Assembly: GCA_963669175.1 (NCBI GenBank)
Contig: OY769902.1
Location: 5,216,001 to 5,280,000 of the forward strand
Direction of reading: 5' to 3'
From: a bacterium
Lineage (GTDB): Bacteria; Electryoneota; Electryoneia; Electryoneales; Electryoneaceae
Length of the DNA: 64,000 nt
The notes beneath the pieces were generated by a model. The model made no database searches and was not told the DNA's origin. It saw only the letters and a program-made list of their open reading frames with translations. Made by a program: the position numbers and the translations under genes. Shown piece by piece: positions 41,057 through 51,798 of the stretch. Positions within the stretch are counted from its first letter, which is position 1. Every line of letters begins with the position of its first letter.

Positions 41057-42745
41057 CTATTCCGTCGAAGGACGTGGTGTAAACTCCAGACCAAGAACCT
41101 CTTTTAGGTATTGTTTTAAAACAAACACTTCTATTCTGTGTGGGTGTTGTGGGTCCTCAAGGAAAATTTTTGTGTAAGTGCTGTTTTCATCAGGTTGAAT
41201 GATTTGCATTTTTCTTTTCTTGTTGTTTAGATCGCTGACCATATCGCCATTCTTAACCATTGTCTCCCAACAAACAATTGTAAATAGATTATCAAAACAA
41301 TGATTAAAAGATCCACCTAATTTATTTTTAAACTCAACATAGTACAATTTTGATTGATAAATGGGTGTTCTTTTATCAGATTTAGCTATAACATCTATTC
41401 CCTCATGCGTATCATAATCAACTATTTCAAATGGTAATAGTTCATTATTTAGAATGCTCAACTGAATCATTAACGCATATACCCCACTTTCCCTTTGTGG
41501 CTCTATCAACGTGACACCTTTATATTCTGCTGTATTTGAAGTATTGATTCTTTGACATCTTCTTGATAAATCATTTTCTTCCTTTGCTGCTGTTTTGTAG
41601 CCCGATGCTTCAGATTCCTACCAATCCATTTCGTGCCAATAATCACTTGCTATAATGCTATTATATATATTATTAACTAGTTCATGAAGATCATTCAATA
41701 TCTCAACAGGCGTATTATCAATGGACCCTCTATTGGCAGTTAAGCGTAAGCTTTGACAGTTAATAAATGCATGTAGTTTTGTATACTCGTAACCCTTTCC
41801 AGGTATCCAGTGATTAGCACGTTGAATTGGTATAAAATCTTTACAAATCCATAAACCATACCTTTCTTGCACAGTATATGCGCCGCTGGGGGCTTGATAG
41901 CCACCATGCCTAACCATCTCGTTGTAACCATGCTTTATTCGATTCCCCTCAATTGAAAATATGGCATGATATTGTATGTCAGGACGTAATCTTAATGTAC
42001 CTGATTTGATAAGCCTTTTACAATAATAATCTGGTGCATTAACTACGTAGGTATCAAATAAAGAATTAATATTATCGCTTTCTTTAGGAAAAGGATGGCC
42101 AAATGATAATAATTCTAGTTCATTACGATCTAATCCTTTTAATTTGAGTATCACGTCTTTATTTACAATGACATTAAACCATAGCTCTATTGAACCAAAT
42201 TTAGTAAACCAATATATATAATCCTTTAGAATGGAATGTGTGAATTTATCCATAGTATTATTGTTGTATGCATAAATGGTTATTGTAGTGCCATTATTAG
42301 CAGAGGATGAATTACTTATAACTTTAACTTTTGGTATTTCTCGATTGTGAAGTTTCATGAAAGGTTCTTCCACTTCAGCCCTATATTCACAACCATTGCT
42401 TATTGTAAGAACTTCTATCTTTTAGCTATTAAAGAACACCTTGGTGCCGTGCCCTTTTTCACCAATCTTCTGTGGGTTTCCACGTCGCAGCGAATTGCCA
42501 AGGTCGAAGAAAGATTGAAGTCCTTGCTTATCCATACCTTGGCCATTATCAATTAACTGTACACGTAAGATGTCACGACCGCATTGATTTACTACGTCAA
42601 AAATAATCTCTATTTCGCTAGCGTTTGCATCGAAGGAATTGCTTATCGCCTCTCTTACAAGATCAAGAGGGTTAGAAAAATCATTGGCAATTTCAATAAA
42701 TTCTTGAGTTTTATCAACGCTAGGAGTTATTGTGAATGTGTTCAA
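41057..42745 (-). pseudogene. GHKL (MORC-like) ATPase with C-terminal nuclease-like domain, two in-frame stops
   Basis: REAISNSFDA, DNGQGM and GEKGHGTK motifs. The three ORF pieces share one frame, broken by TAA at 42422-42424 and TAG at 41618-41620. C-terminal GIDVIA...YVEFK. Confidence 0.75.
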
Positions 42746-42761
42746 CTTAAAAACCTCCGAT

Positions 42762-43360
42762 TCAAACAACATTGTAAGGAAGCAGTGCAATAGCTGCTTC
42801 AGCGTGTTTTGGGGCTAGATGAGCGTAATGTTTTTCAGTAACATGAATTGATGAGTGTCCCAATAATCTTGAAACAGTGAATAGCTCAACTCCTTGCATC
42901 ACAAGATGGGATGCAAAGGTATGACGTAATGTATGGCAAGATGCCCATGGCATCTCCAGCTTGTTGAATATACGACTAATGTGTCTGCTAACCCAGTCTA
43001 CACACCATGTTTCTTTAAAATCAGTTGAAGAAGGGAAGACAGGAATTCCTGGCTGTGGTTTCTGCTGATGGAGTAAATTGCGGAGTTCAGGTAACTGATT
43101 GAAAGCAATGGATCGATTCTGTTTATTCTTCGTCCACTTCCCACGGAAATGCACCAATCCATGTTCGAAGTCAACATCTTCACCCTTCAGGTTGATACCC
43201 TCACTCAGCTTGGCACCGGTCAGCAGATAGAATTTGGCCAACGGTAAAATCGGATCATCCTTCATGGCCTCTAAAAACTGCTGGATTTGTTCCTTCTCCA
43301 AGAACTTCGGAAGATCCTTGGCGGGGATCTTCAGCATCTTGATTCCCTTGAAATGATTCG
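42762..43360 (-). pseudogene. Tyrosine integrase C-terminal remnant fused to the start of IS3 orfB
   Basis: HTLRHTFAS and LLGHSSIHVTEKHYAH are present, but the catalytic Arg position reads TGAK and the N-terminus is missing. Confidence 0.75.
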
Positions 43361-43895
43361 CCAAGTGCAACTCATCCAACCGGCGCAACAGCGTCAAATC
43401 TCGCTCCTTCAACGGTTTCAGCCTGTAATACGCCGTTGATCGAGGAACAGACAGCAAGGCACACTGCTTCGTGACCGGGAGTGTCTCGGTGGGCGTGATC
43501 ATCGTTTTACGCTCGGCCTTACCCCAGGTCCGAGCACACGTGATAAAAAATCACGTTCCATCGTCAACTGACCGATCTTGGCATGCAGCTCCTTGATCTC
43601 TGCGGCGGTATCATCCTGATGCACACCACGCTTGCCAGCGAAAAGACCTTCCGCCTGCTCAAGCAACTGCTTCTTCCATTGTACGATCTGGTTGGGGTGA
43701 ACATCGAACTGCGAGGCCAGTTCCGAAATCGTCTTGTCACCCTTGACGGCAGCAAGCGCTACCGATGCCTTGAACTGTGCGGTTAACTTTCTGCGGGATC
43801 GCTTCATCTTCCGCTCCTTCCGAAGAACCTACGGTCCTTCAATGTAGGGCGAAACCATCAACTAAACTACTGTCCAGTTTTGGGACCCCTCTTCA
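43361..43895 (-). mobile_element. Truncated IS3-family element (orfA 43499-43807 plus the first ~45 codons of orfB)
   Basis: orfA RRKLTAQFKASVAL...IGQLTMERDFL; orfB start QCALLSVPRSTAYYR. IRL TGAAGAGGGGTCCCAAAACTGGACAG begins at 43895. Confidence 0.8.
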
Positions 43896-44061
43896 ATCCG
43901 AGGCTAGTTCCTTTTCACGAGCGTTTGGGCGACGAGCTTCAAAACCGGGGGGGTACCTCAGCGCTCTGGAACTTTGTCTCCTTGAATTCTCCTTTCCTTC
44001 GCAGTACACTCCTATACGGGTGGGCGGTACAGAGGAACTCACGAAGATTCTCGGGGGTTCT

Positions 44062-45813
44062 ATGTCTGGTCGTGCGCAGGACACTACGCAGCAGGTCAAC
44101 ATCAGCAAATGGCCTCACACCAGTGAAACTCCGCTTCTGGTCTTCCTCGACAAAGACTTCCGGATTCAGGGCTGGAGCGGTGAGCAACCGGTTTTCCAGG
44201 AATTATTGAGCAAGACGGAAAAAGGGAATACCCTCGCAAACTGGTTCGATGATTGGGAGCTTATCAGGAAACGCTTGACCGATTCTCCGGTCATTTTCAC
44301 GCCCAATCCTACGACACTGGCAACTCATATCGCGATAAGCCGGACGTTACGCTTACCTGTTTTCGTTAGCCTCGTTTCATTACCCGGCGCTCTTGCTGGC
44401 AAAGCAGTCATGTGTCTGGAAATCTCGCGCAGGGAACCCTCCGCTATCCCGATTGGTCCCCAGTACGATCAGCAGAAACAGCAGGAGTTGATACGTTTAC
44501 GCGCAATCTTCCAGAGTCGTCTGGAGGGCACCTTCACGACAGATTGTCATGGTCACATTACTTCGTTCAACCATGCCGCGGAGACAATAACCGGGTATAC
44601 CGCACGAGAGGCGATCGGGCAATGCTGCTATAATCTTCTGAAGACATCCATTTGCCAGAAAGACTGTATTCACCATAATACGGATGGCGATTCACTACAA
44701 AGCTTCCGTGGCGATACACGGACTATTCATATCACAAGGAAGAATAGCGCTGAAGTACCCGTACGTGTCAACACGGCTCCCCTGTCAGCTTCCAACGGCG
44801 AGATACTCGGGCTGGTAAGCAGTTTTCAGGACATATCCGAATTGAACAACCTGCGAAAACACATTCGTGATCAGTACAATCCGACCCATTTAATCGGAAG
44901 AAGCCCTGCAATCAGAAAGGTTTTGCAATTGATCCAGCAGGTGAGCAACACGGAGAGCAAGGTGTTGATTACCGGTGAAAGCGGGACGGGTAAAGAACTG
45001 GTCGCACGCGCTATTCACCTGTATAGCTCTCGTCATTCCGGGCCGTTTGTTCCCTTGAACTGTGCCGCGCTTGTAGAGACCCTGCTGGAAAGCGAATTGT
45101 TCGGCCATGAGAAAGGCGCATTTACCGGAGCGGTATCCACCAAGCTGGGCAGACTGGAACAGGCCAAAGGTGGAACCCTGTTCCTTGATGAAATTGGTGA
45201 CATTCCACTTGCGGCGCAGGTCAAGCTGCTTAGGGTCTTGGAAACCGGAACCTTTGAGCGAGTTGGTGGAACTGACACAAAGAAAATGGAAGCGCGATTA
45301 ATCACCGCAACGAACAAGAATCTGGATGAAGCGATTCGGAACGGCACATTTCGTGAAGATTTCTTTTACCGGATCAATATTATCAACATCCAGATCCCTC
45401 CCCTTCGCGAACGCAGGGAAGATATCGACATGCTTGCCGATCATTTCCTGAAACGAAACCCGGTGGCGTTGGCTAAAGGGGTTGTCAGCATTCATGAGGA
45501 TGCTCGCACCCTTCTTAACCAATATGCCTGGCCTGGCAATATAAGAGAATTGGAGAATGTGCTTGAGCATGCGGTAGTCATGACGGCCAATACTGAAATC
45601 ATGCCTTTTCATTTGCCTGAACGCATCATGGCGAAATCTCAATTCGAATCCACTTCATCTGTAGAAATAAATCCTGTACATGACGCTGAAATCAATTTGA
45701 TTGTCAGCACACTGCAGAAACATGAAGGCAACCGTACACGGACTGCGGCTGAGCTGGGCATGGATAAGTCAACCCTGTGGAGAAAGATGAAGCGTTTTAA
45801 CCTGAAGTTTTAG
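44062..45813 (+). CDS. PAS-domain sigma54-dependent transcriptional activator (Fis HTH)
   Basis: PAS domain, GESGTGKE, ESELFGHEKGAFTGA, WPGNIRELEN and a C-terminal HTH. Confidence 0.93.
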   Translation: MSGRAQDTTQQVNISKWPHTSETPLLVFLDKDFRIQGWSGEQPVFQELLSKTEKGNTLANWFDDWELIRKRLTDSPVIFTPNPTTLATHIAISRTLRLPVFVSLVSLPGALAGKAVMCLEISRREPSAIPIGPQYDQQKQQELIRLRAIFQSRLEGTFTTDCHGHITSFNHAAETITGYTAREAIGQCCYNLLKTSICQKDCIHHNTDGDSLQSFRGDTRTIHITRKNSAEVPVRVNTAPLSASNGEILGLVSSFQDISELNNLRKHIRDQYNPTHLIGRSPAIRKVLQLIQQVSNTESKVLITGESGTGKELVARAIHLYSSRHSGPFVPLNCAALVETLLESELFGHEKGAFTGAVSTKLGRLEQAKGGTLFLDEIGDIPLAAQVKLLRVLETGTFERVGGTDTKKMEARLITATNKNLDEAIRNGTFREDFFYRINIINIQIPPLRERREDIDMLADHFLKRNPVALAKGVVSIHEDARTLLNQYAWPGNIRELENVLEHAVVMTANTEIMPFHLPERIMAKSQFESTSSVEINPVHDAEINLIVSTLQKHEGNRTRTAAELGMDKSTLWRKMKRFNLKF

Positions 45814-45820
45814 CGAACCG

Positions 45821-45946
45821 GTTGCATGCAATTGCACCATTGCAATTATTCATTGCATACTAGCAATCCAACGCTCTCATTTCAAAACCCTACACACATA
45901 TATTTCATACAGTTACAACTCGCTCCAATTGTGGTATGACATTTGT
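45821..45946 (+). promoter_or_regulatory. Putative sigma54 promoter with upstream activator sites
   Basis: TGGTAT-N5-TTGT at 45932-45946 is close to the TGGCAC-N5-TTGC consensus. TTGCA/TGCAA repeats at 45821-45867. Confidence 0.55.
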
Positions 45947-46001
45947 TAAGTCGTGAGTATAGCCAATTGTCTTGACTATTCACGATTAACAGGAGGCTGT
46001 C

Positions 46002-47957
46002 ATGCCTAACCGTTTTCCCTGCCTTTTGGCGCCTGGAAAAATTGGTTCGTTGACCATTCCGAACCGTGTCGTAAAAGCCCCTCAGTCTACGGGGTTAAGT
46101 AATATGGATGGCAGTGTGTCGGAACGACTCATTCGCCATTACCGCGAGCTGGCTCGCGGTGGAACCGGGTTGATTGTTGTTGAATATGCTTTCGTCGACA
46201 AGAAAGCGAGCAAGTCAGCACATTGCCAGTTGGGGATATGCGATAACGAGCACATCCCTGGATTGGCCTGGCTGGCCGAAACGATCAAGGATGAAGGCGT
46301 TCGTGCCGGCATCCAGATTGAACATTGCGGCCGTCAGAAATTCCTGGGCACTCCCCCGATCAAATCCGCTTCGGATGTCACCTGGCCGTCCTTGTACGAC
46401 CGTGTCGGCAAGGACGCCGTACCGGAAGTGCTGACCATTCCGGAAATTGAAGAAATCGTAGAAGCCTTCGGTGTGGCGGCGTGGCGTGCCAAGACCGCTG
46501 GATTCGAGCTGGTTGAGATCCATGGCGCACATGGCTACCTGATTACAAACTTCCTGTCCCCGCACACGAACAAACGCACCGATGTGTACGGCGGATCACT
46601 TGAAAACCGGATGCGTCTTCTGCTCCAGGTGTATGACGCCGTGAGAAGATACGTAGGCGATGATTTCCCGGTTACGGTCCGTCTTAGCGGTTCGGACTAT
46701 GAGCCGGACGGTTTCGGTATCGAAGAGACGATTGAGGTCTCGAAGGCCCTGGAAGCGAGAGGCATCAACGCGATTCACGTATCCGGCGGTGATCACCACC
46801 AGATGATTCACCAGGTCAGCCCGATGGCGGTGGATATCGGCCATAATGTCTGGGCTGCTGATCGCATCCGGAAAATGGTAAAAGTTCCGGTGATCGCGTC
46901 CGGCTCCATTACAACACCGGAATTTGCGGAATCCATCCTGGCTGAAGGCAAGGGCGATTACGTCGGCTTGGGACGTCCGCTCTGGGCGGATCAGTACTGG
47001 GTGCGTAAACTCGAAGCCGGTAAGCCCGAAGAAATCCGTCCCTGCATCCGATGCAACGAAGGCTGTCTCGAGCGCACTTTCTTCAAGTTCAGGGCGGTCA
47101 CCTGCGGTGTGAATCCCACAATCGGACGTGAAGGTGAGATCGATATCCACACTAACGGCGGCGTAAAGAAGAATATCGCCATTGTCGGTGGCGGACCTGC
47201 GGGCATGGAAGCCGCACGTGTGCTGAAGCTGAAGGGACACAAGGTAACCCTCTTTGAAAAGAGAAGCCTTGGCGGAGCGCTGAATGAAGCGTCTGTCCCG
47301 AAATTTAAGGTGGACCTGGTACACTTCCTGACATACCAGAAACAGCAGATGAAGGCCCTGGATATTAATGTCGTTGAGAAAGCAGCAACATCTGAAGAAC
47401 TCAAACGGGGCAAATTCGACACCGTAATCCTGGCGACAGGCGCGAAACCGGTCAGTCCTTCCGTACCGGGAATTGACCGCACAGAAGTGGTGAATGCGGT
47501 TGATGTACTGAATGAGGTTGTCCCGACGGGCAACAAGGTGATTATTGTCGGCGGTGGTTTGGTAGGCACTGAGACCGCGCTCTGGTTGCAGAAGCAGGGC
47601 AAAGAGGTTGTCATCGTTGAAATGCTCGACCAGATCATGTCCGATTGTGCCGTAACCGACAAGATCGCCCTGGGCGAAATGCTGGCAACAACCCCGATCA
47701 AGGTTATGACAGGCTGGCGCTTGAACAAGATTGACGACCATGCCGTCGTGGTTGAAACCTGGAATGGTTCGCACCGTCAGCAGACTATCCAGGGCGACAG
47801 CATTGTGATTGCCACCGGGTATACGCCGAATGATGATCTGACAGAGCAGTTGCAGCAGAACGGAAAAGTTGATGTTTACCGTATCGGCGACTGTGTCTGC
47901 CCCGGAAAGGTATTCGACGCGATTCATACAGCATACAAAACAGCTTTGAAAATCTGA
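46002..47957 (+). CDS. NADH:flavin oxidoreductase (OYE / 2,4-dienoyl-CoA reductase-like, Fe-S)
   Basis: EIHGAHGYLI, NKRTDVYGGSLENR, CIRCNEGC and two GGGxxG dinucleotide-binding motifs. Confidence 0.93.
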   Translation: MPNRFPCLLAPGKIGSLTIPNRVVKAPQSTGLSNMDGSVSERLIRHYRELARGGTGLIVVEYAFVDKKASKSAHCQLGICDNEHIPGLAWLAETIKDEGVRAGIQIEHCGRQKFLGTPPIKSASDVTWPSLYDRVGKDAVPEVLTIPEIEEIVEAFGVAAWRAKTAGFELVEIHGAHGYLITNFLSPHTNKRTDVYGGSLENRMRLLLQVYDAVRRYVGDDFPVTVRLSGSDYEPDGFGIEETIEVSKALEARGINAIHVSGGDHHQMIHQVSPMAVDIGHNVWAADRIRKMVKVPVIASGSITTPEFAESILAEGKGDYVGLGRPLWADQYWVRKLEAGKPEEIRPCIRCNEGCLERTFFKFRAVTCGVNPTIGREGEIDIHTNGGVKKNIAIVGGGPAGMEAARVLKLKGHKVTLFEKRSLGGALNEASVPKFKVDLVHFLTYQKQQMKALDINVVEKAATSEELKRGKFDTVILATGAKPVSPSVPGIDRTEVVNAVDVLNEVVPTGNKVIIVGGGLVGTETALWLQKQGKEVVIVEMLDQIMSDCAVTDKIALGEMLATTPIKVMTGWRLNKIDDHAVVVETWNGSHRQQTIQGDSIVIATGYTPNDDLTEQLQQNGKVDVYRIGDCVCPGKVFDAIHTAYKTALKI

Positions 47958-47990
47958 TCCCGGTGGATTGTACCACTGGTTGGATGCCTG

Positions 47991-48028
47991 AAAAGAGCGG
48001 CTATACCTGGTCAGTATAGCCGCTTTTT
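47991..48028. terminator. Bidirectional Rho-independent terminator
   Basis: AGCGGCTATAC-loop-GTATAGCCGCT flanked by A and T runs, between convergent genes. Confidence 0.8.
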
Positions 48029-48054
48029 AGTAAGCTTTTGTCTGTTGAGAGTCA

Positions 48055-51000
48055 TCAACGCAGCAGAATCATCTTCTGAACCTGGTTGACCGCCACATCT
48101 CCCCGCCCGGTATACTGTACTCGACAGAAATACATCCCGCTCGCAACGGGCAATCCGTTATCCGACAAGCCGTTCCAGTGCATTGATTGATATCCTGCTT
48201 CCACAGGGTTATCGTGTAAAGTCGCAACCTTGCGTCCAAGAACATCGTAGACAATCAGGCTCAACTGACCGGCTTCCGGTAGATCTACCCGGATATTGGC
48301 GGATTGGTTGAATGGGTTGGGATACGGCGCATGAAAAGCGAACGTCCGGGGAAGATTTTCAGTACCTCGGCCCTCTACACCGACAAATTCAAAGGTTGTG
48401 CCATACCCCCATTCGGTATTGTTGCACATGCCTGCATACTGCTGGCTGCAATCATGGATCGTATCAAAACAACCCTCGTTCAGATTCCAGCAGGCCGCAA
48501 GGTTGGGTTCCGATCCCGTCAGCGCGTGATCCATGTAAGCTTGCAACTCCGCGCCATCCAACGCCGTTTGCCAGAGGCGCATTTCGTCAATCTTGCCTGT
48601 AAAGCAGCGGTCCAGCTCCGCACTGTTGCCAAAAATGACTTGCTGAGATTCACTTTCAACGAGTTGTGATCCCACAGTGCCGGAAGTGAAAGCTGCCGGT
48701 TGCAGCTCGCCATTGATGAACAGGTTTACCGATTGGGAAGCGCCGTCATAGGTCAACGCCACATGTTGCCATCCGTACGTATTAATAGAATTCCTCGGTG
48801 TGCAGATCTTGTAATTTGAACCATCGGTAAAGCTCAACCTGGCGACAAGAGCCTTTGACGGGAAATACGGATGCGCCCGGTCATGCAGGAACAGGCTGAA
48901 GCCATCGGTGGATACGATTCTCCCAAATCCCGCGGAATCCACCTCGCCATACCCATCCGGAGATATCCAGGCATCGAGAGTAAACGCATCTGCAAGCTCA
49001 TCCAGATCCGGCACAATTGTTTGTGCGCAAGATCCTTCTTCGCCAAACTGTAGCGAACTTTCCCCATTAAACACAACGATATAATTCTCCCATACCGTGG
49101 AACGTGAGCTGTTATCTGTGATAGTATTGAGAGTAATCGAATACTCTCCGGGTGTTGTATAGGTGTATTCAGTAATTTCCGAATGTGAATCATAGACACC
49201 ATCACTGTTAAAATCCCAGAATCGTTGCAGAATGGGGTGATAGTGGTTGGCTGTAGATACATCTTCAAACCGAATTGTGACAGGTGGGTTACCTGTTCGC
49301 GTATTTGCCACCATCCCGGGACGGTTCAGCAGGGGAAGCTCAAAAAACATGCAAATTTCACTCAACAGGTGTTCGTTGGAATATCCTTCACCACTACCCA
49401 AACCGTCAATGGTCAGTGAGAAGCAGAAGGACTTCTGCCCGTAATCACCTTCATGTTGTACCGCTACGACGCCATAACCATCAGCAATCAACGCATTCCG
49501 TCCAAGGTTCTCCAATTGAAAACGATCTGGCCAGTTCAGGTTATGCTGGGTGGAAGATGGGAAATGCATTCCGCCGGCAATGGATCCTGGCTGCCCGATA
49601 AGAGGAATCCACTCATAATCCTGAACACCTGAATCCAGAATATTTATCCCAAGAAGCTGAAGAAGTTCACTGTTTGTTCCTTGATCATATGCAAGCGAAC
49701 TGCCGCCTTCCAGATAAACACGTCCACCTCGTCTGAGATAAGTTGTCACTGCGGAAGCCATCGCACCCGTAAATGGTGTATAGGTGGAACCGTCAACATT
49801 AAAGTTCCCAAAACTTAGAAATACAGCATCAAAGCCCTGGAGTGAGTTTGGAAATTCATCAGTATACAACACTGTCAAACCTTGCATTTCAAGGTATTCG
49901 GAAATAAACAGACCACTATAGTCCGTGCCATCCAGATCACCATCGAATACCAGGACACCATTGTTTCCGATAGCGTAGGTAATAACCGGTTCTTCGTAAA
50001 AAGAAACTTCAAAATCGGCTTCTATACCCAATAAAAGCCTGGCGAGTCTGAAGTCTTCACAATCTTCAACAGTGATACAAAACGCATCTTCCAGAACAAA
50101 TTGCCCTTCAGCCGGGATAGTACACGTGCAACTATTATCAAGAATGTCTATGGATTCGTCATCCGTAGTAAGAAGCAGTGTGGCGTTTCCAGGACTAGAG
50201 TTATGTTTTAGCGACAACATCTCAACACTGATATAGAGGCTTCCTTCCGGTTCCCCTTCAACGGCTTCACGTGTGCTTATTCCTTTCATCTGTACTATCG
50301 GTGAACATTCCAGCGTAGGATTTTCTTCTGTGAAGGTAGAATAGGCGTTAATCCGTCCAGTTCCCATTTGACCAGCATAATCTCCGTTCAGATTGGATAT
50401 ATCATCTGTTGTCGCAAGTGTTTGGTAAATCAGCTCTTCACGTGTCCAATCAGGATGATATGACTTAAGCAAGCCTAAAAGACCGGCTACCAATGGCGAA
50501 GCCATGGATGTGCCACTCTTCTCCCCATATCCTCCTCCCTTCACAGTACTCAGAATTCCACCATCTGCAACGAGCTCACCACCCGGCGCACACAGGTCTA
50601 CAAGAGTGCTATAATTTGAATACTGTGTCTTATGATCATATATATTCACAGCGCCGACTGAAATCACATAGGGATAACAAGCGGGATAGAAAGCTGTGTC
50701 ATTGGCATCGTTTCCAGCGCCGGCAACAACGATAATTCCCTGGTTGGCAGCGTATGTTATCGTCTCTTCTGCAAAAATGGAATAGTAGTTGTTACCCCAA
50801 CTTAGATTAATAATATCCACGCCCATATTGATAAGATACATTACCCCGTCGAAACCATTATATATTAATCCGTCTTGTGCTGGTGTGTGATTTGTAACCA
50901 ATATTTTCACGTTCCAGGAAATACTGGCGATCCCCTGGTCATTATTCGTAACACCGCCTGCTATTCCGGCGACATGGGATCCATGGCACCATATATATAT

Positions 51001-51750
51001 TTCATCTGCATTATTCGTATCCTCATAAAAATTCCAACCACAAAAATCATCTACAAACCCATTATTATCATCATCAATGCCGTTGATATCATCATAATCA
51101 AAATGCCATCCACCTTCATCAGCATATAAGGTTAAATAATCTCCATCTGCATCTTCGCCAAGGTTTTGATATAGATTCATGTACAGATCAACATGATTGT
51201 AATCAACACCGGTATCCGTAATACCAATTACTACAACACTGTCGCCATTCTGCCCCTGGTGGATATCCCAGGCGCCGTCCGCGTAAATCTGCGCCAGGTG
51301 ATGCTGATCTATTGCCAATGGGTCATTGGGACCTTCTTGCGGAAAGTACAGGAAATCCGGTTCCGCCCAGGTGATGGCAGGGTGTACCGCCAGCATTCCT
51401 GCAGCGGCAAGTACATCTTTTTCTTCCGGAAACTCAAGCAGGTAGATTCGTGACATGTCGGGAACGGAAGGATCTTTGGGAGACTCAACGTAGGGATACT
51501 TGCGTGTCAGACGAAAAGCATCCAATCGTTTGAAACGCTCACCCAGGGCTGGGATGGCACATGAAATATCACCTTCCTGATCCTCGATCAGGGGAACATC
51601 CGCCGCCAGACGAAAGATGAGTCGTCCGGGTTGATAATAAGGTTCATCATCCGATCCGGCCATTGCAGCAGGAATCAATACAACTGCGAATAACAATAAT
51701 CCAAGACCGGTAATGACAGAGGAAAGCCGTACACGTTCGCATCTAATCAT
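48055..51750 (-). CDS. Secreted S8 subtilase with PKD, LamG and C-terminal FlgD-Ig/sorting-type domain (paralog 2)
   Basis: Signal peptide; DTG, HGSHVAG and GTSMASP catalytic triad; YPNPFN...YDVLGRKV..ASGMYF C-terminus. Confidence 0.9.
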   Translation of the reverse strand: MIRCERVRLSSVITGLGLLLFAVVLIPAAMAGSDDEPYYQPGRLIFRLAADVPLIEDQEGDISCAIPALGERFKRLDAFRLTRKYPYVESPKDPSVPDMSRIYLLEFPEEKDVLAAAGMLAVHPAITWAEPDFLYFPQEGPNDPLAIDQHHLAQIYADGAWDIHQGQNGDSVVVIGITDTGVDYNHVDLYMNLYQNLGEDADGDYLTLYADEGGWHFDYDDINGIDDDNNGFVDDFCGWNFYEDTNNADEIYIWCHGSHVAGIAGGVTNNDQGIASISWNVKILVTNHTPAQDGLIYNGFDGVMYLINMGVDIINLSWGNNYYSIFAEETITYAANQGIIVVAGAGNDANDTAFYPACYPYVISVGAVNIYDHKTQYSNYSTLVDLCAPGGELVADGGILSTVKGGGYGEKSGTSMASPLVAGLLGLLKSYHPDWTREELIYQTLATTDDISNLNGDYAGQMGTGRINAYSTFTEENPTLECSPIVQMKGISTREAVEGEPEGSLYISVEMLSLKHNSSPGNATLLLTTDDESIDILDNSCTCTIPAEGQFVLEDAFCITVEDCEDFRLARLLLGIEADFEVSFYEEPVITYAIGNNGVLVFDGDLDGTDYSGLFISEYLEMQGLTVLYTDEFPNSLQGFDAVFLSFGNFNVDGSTYTPFTGAMASAVTTYLRRGGRVYLEGGSSLAYDQGTNSELLQLLGINILDSGVQDYEWIPLIGQPGSIAGGMHFPSSTQHNLNWPDRFQLENLGRNALIADGYGVVAVQHEGDYGQKSFCFSLTIDGLGSGEGYSNEHLLSEICMFFELPLLNRPGMVANTRTGNPPVTIRFEDVSTANHYHPILQRFWDFNSDGVYDSHSEITEYTYTTPGEYSITLNTITDNSSRSTVWENYIVVFNGESSLQFGEEGSCAQTIVPDLDELADAFTLDAWISPDGYGEVDSAGFGRIVSTDGFSLFLHDRAHPYFPSKALVARLSFTDGSNYKICTPRNSINTYGWQHVALTYDGASQSVNLFINGELQPAAFTSGTVGSQLVESESQQVIFGNSAELDRCFTGKIDEMRLWQTALDGAELQAYMDHALTGSEPNLAACWNLNEGCFDTIHDCSQQYAGMCNNTEWGYGTTFEFVGVEGRGTENLPRTFAFHAPYPNPFNQSANIRVDLPEAGQLSLIVYDVLGRKVATLHDNPVEAGYQSMHWNGLSDNGLPVASGMYFCRVQYTGRGDVAVNQVQKMILLR

Positions 51751-51798
51751 CTGAATTTCCTCCTGTTGTTCTCGTAAGATACAGGTTCTGCAACTTGA

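Noticed and set aside
41057-42745. Stop-codon recoding in the GHKL gene
   Set aside because: The two stops differ (TAA and TAG), and neighbouring genes use these codons as normal terminators.
43777-44061. N-terminal extension of the sigma54 activator ORF
   Set aside because: It overlaps the IS3 left end; the more plausible start is ATG 44062.
46596-47927. 443-aa antisense ORF and similar shadow ORFs opposite GC-rich genes
   Set aside because: They fully overlap well-supported genes on the other strand and have no motifs; likely codon-bias artefacts.
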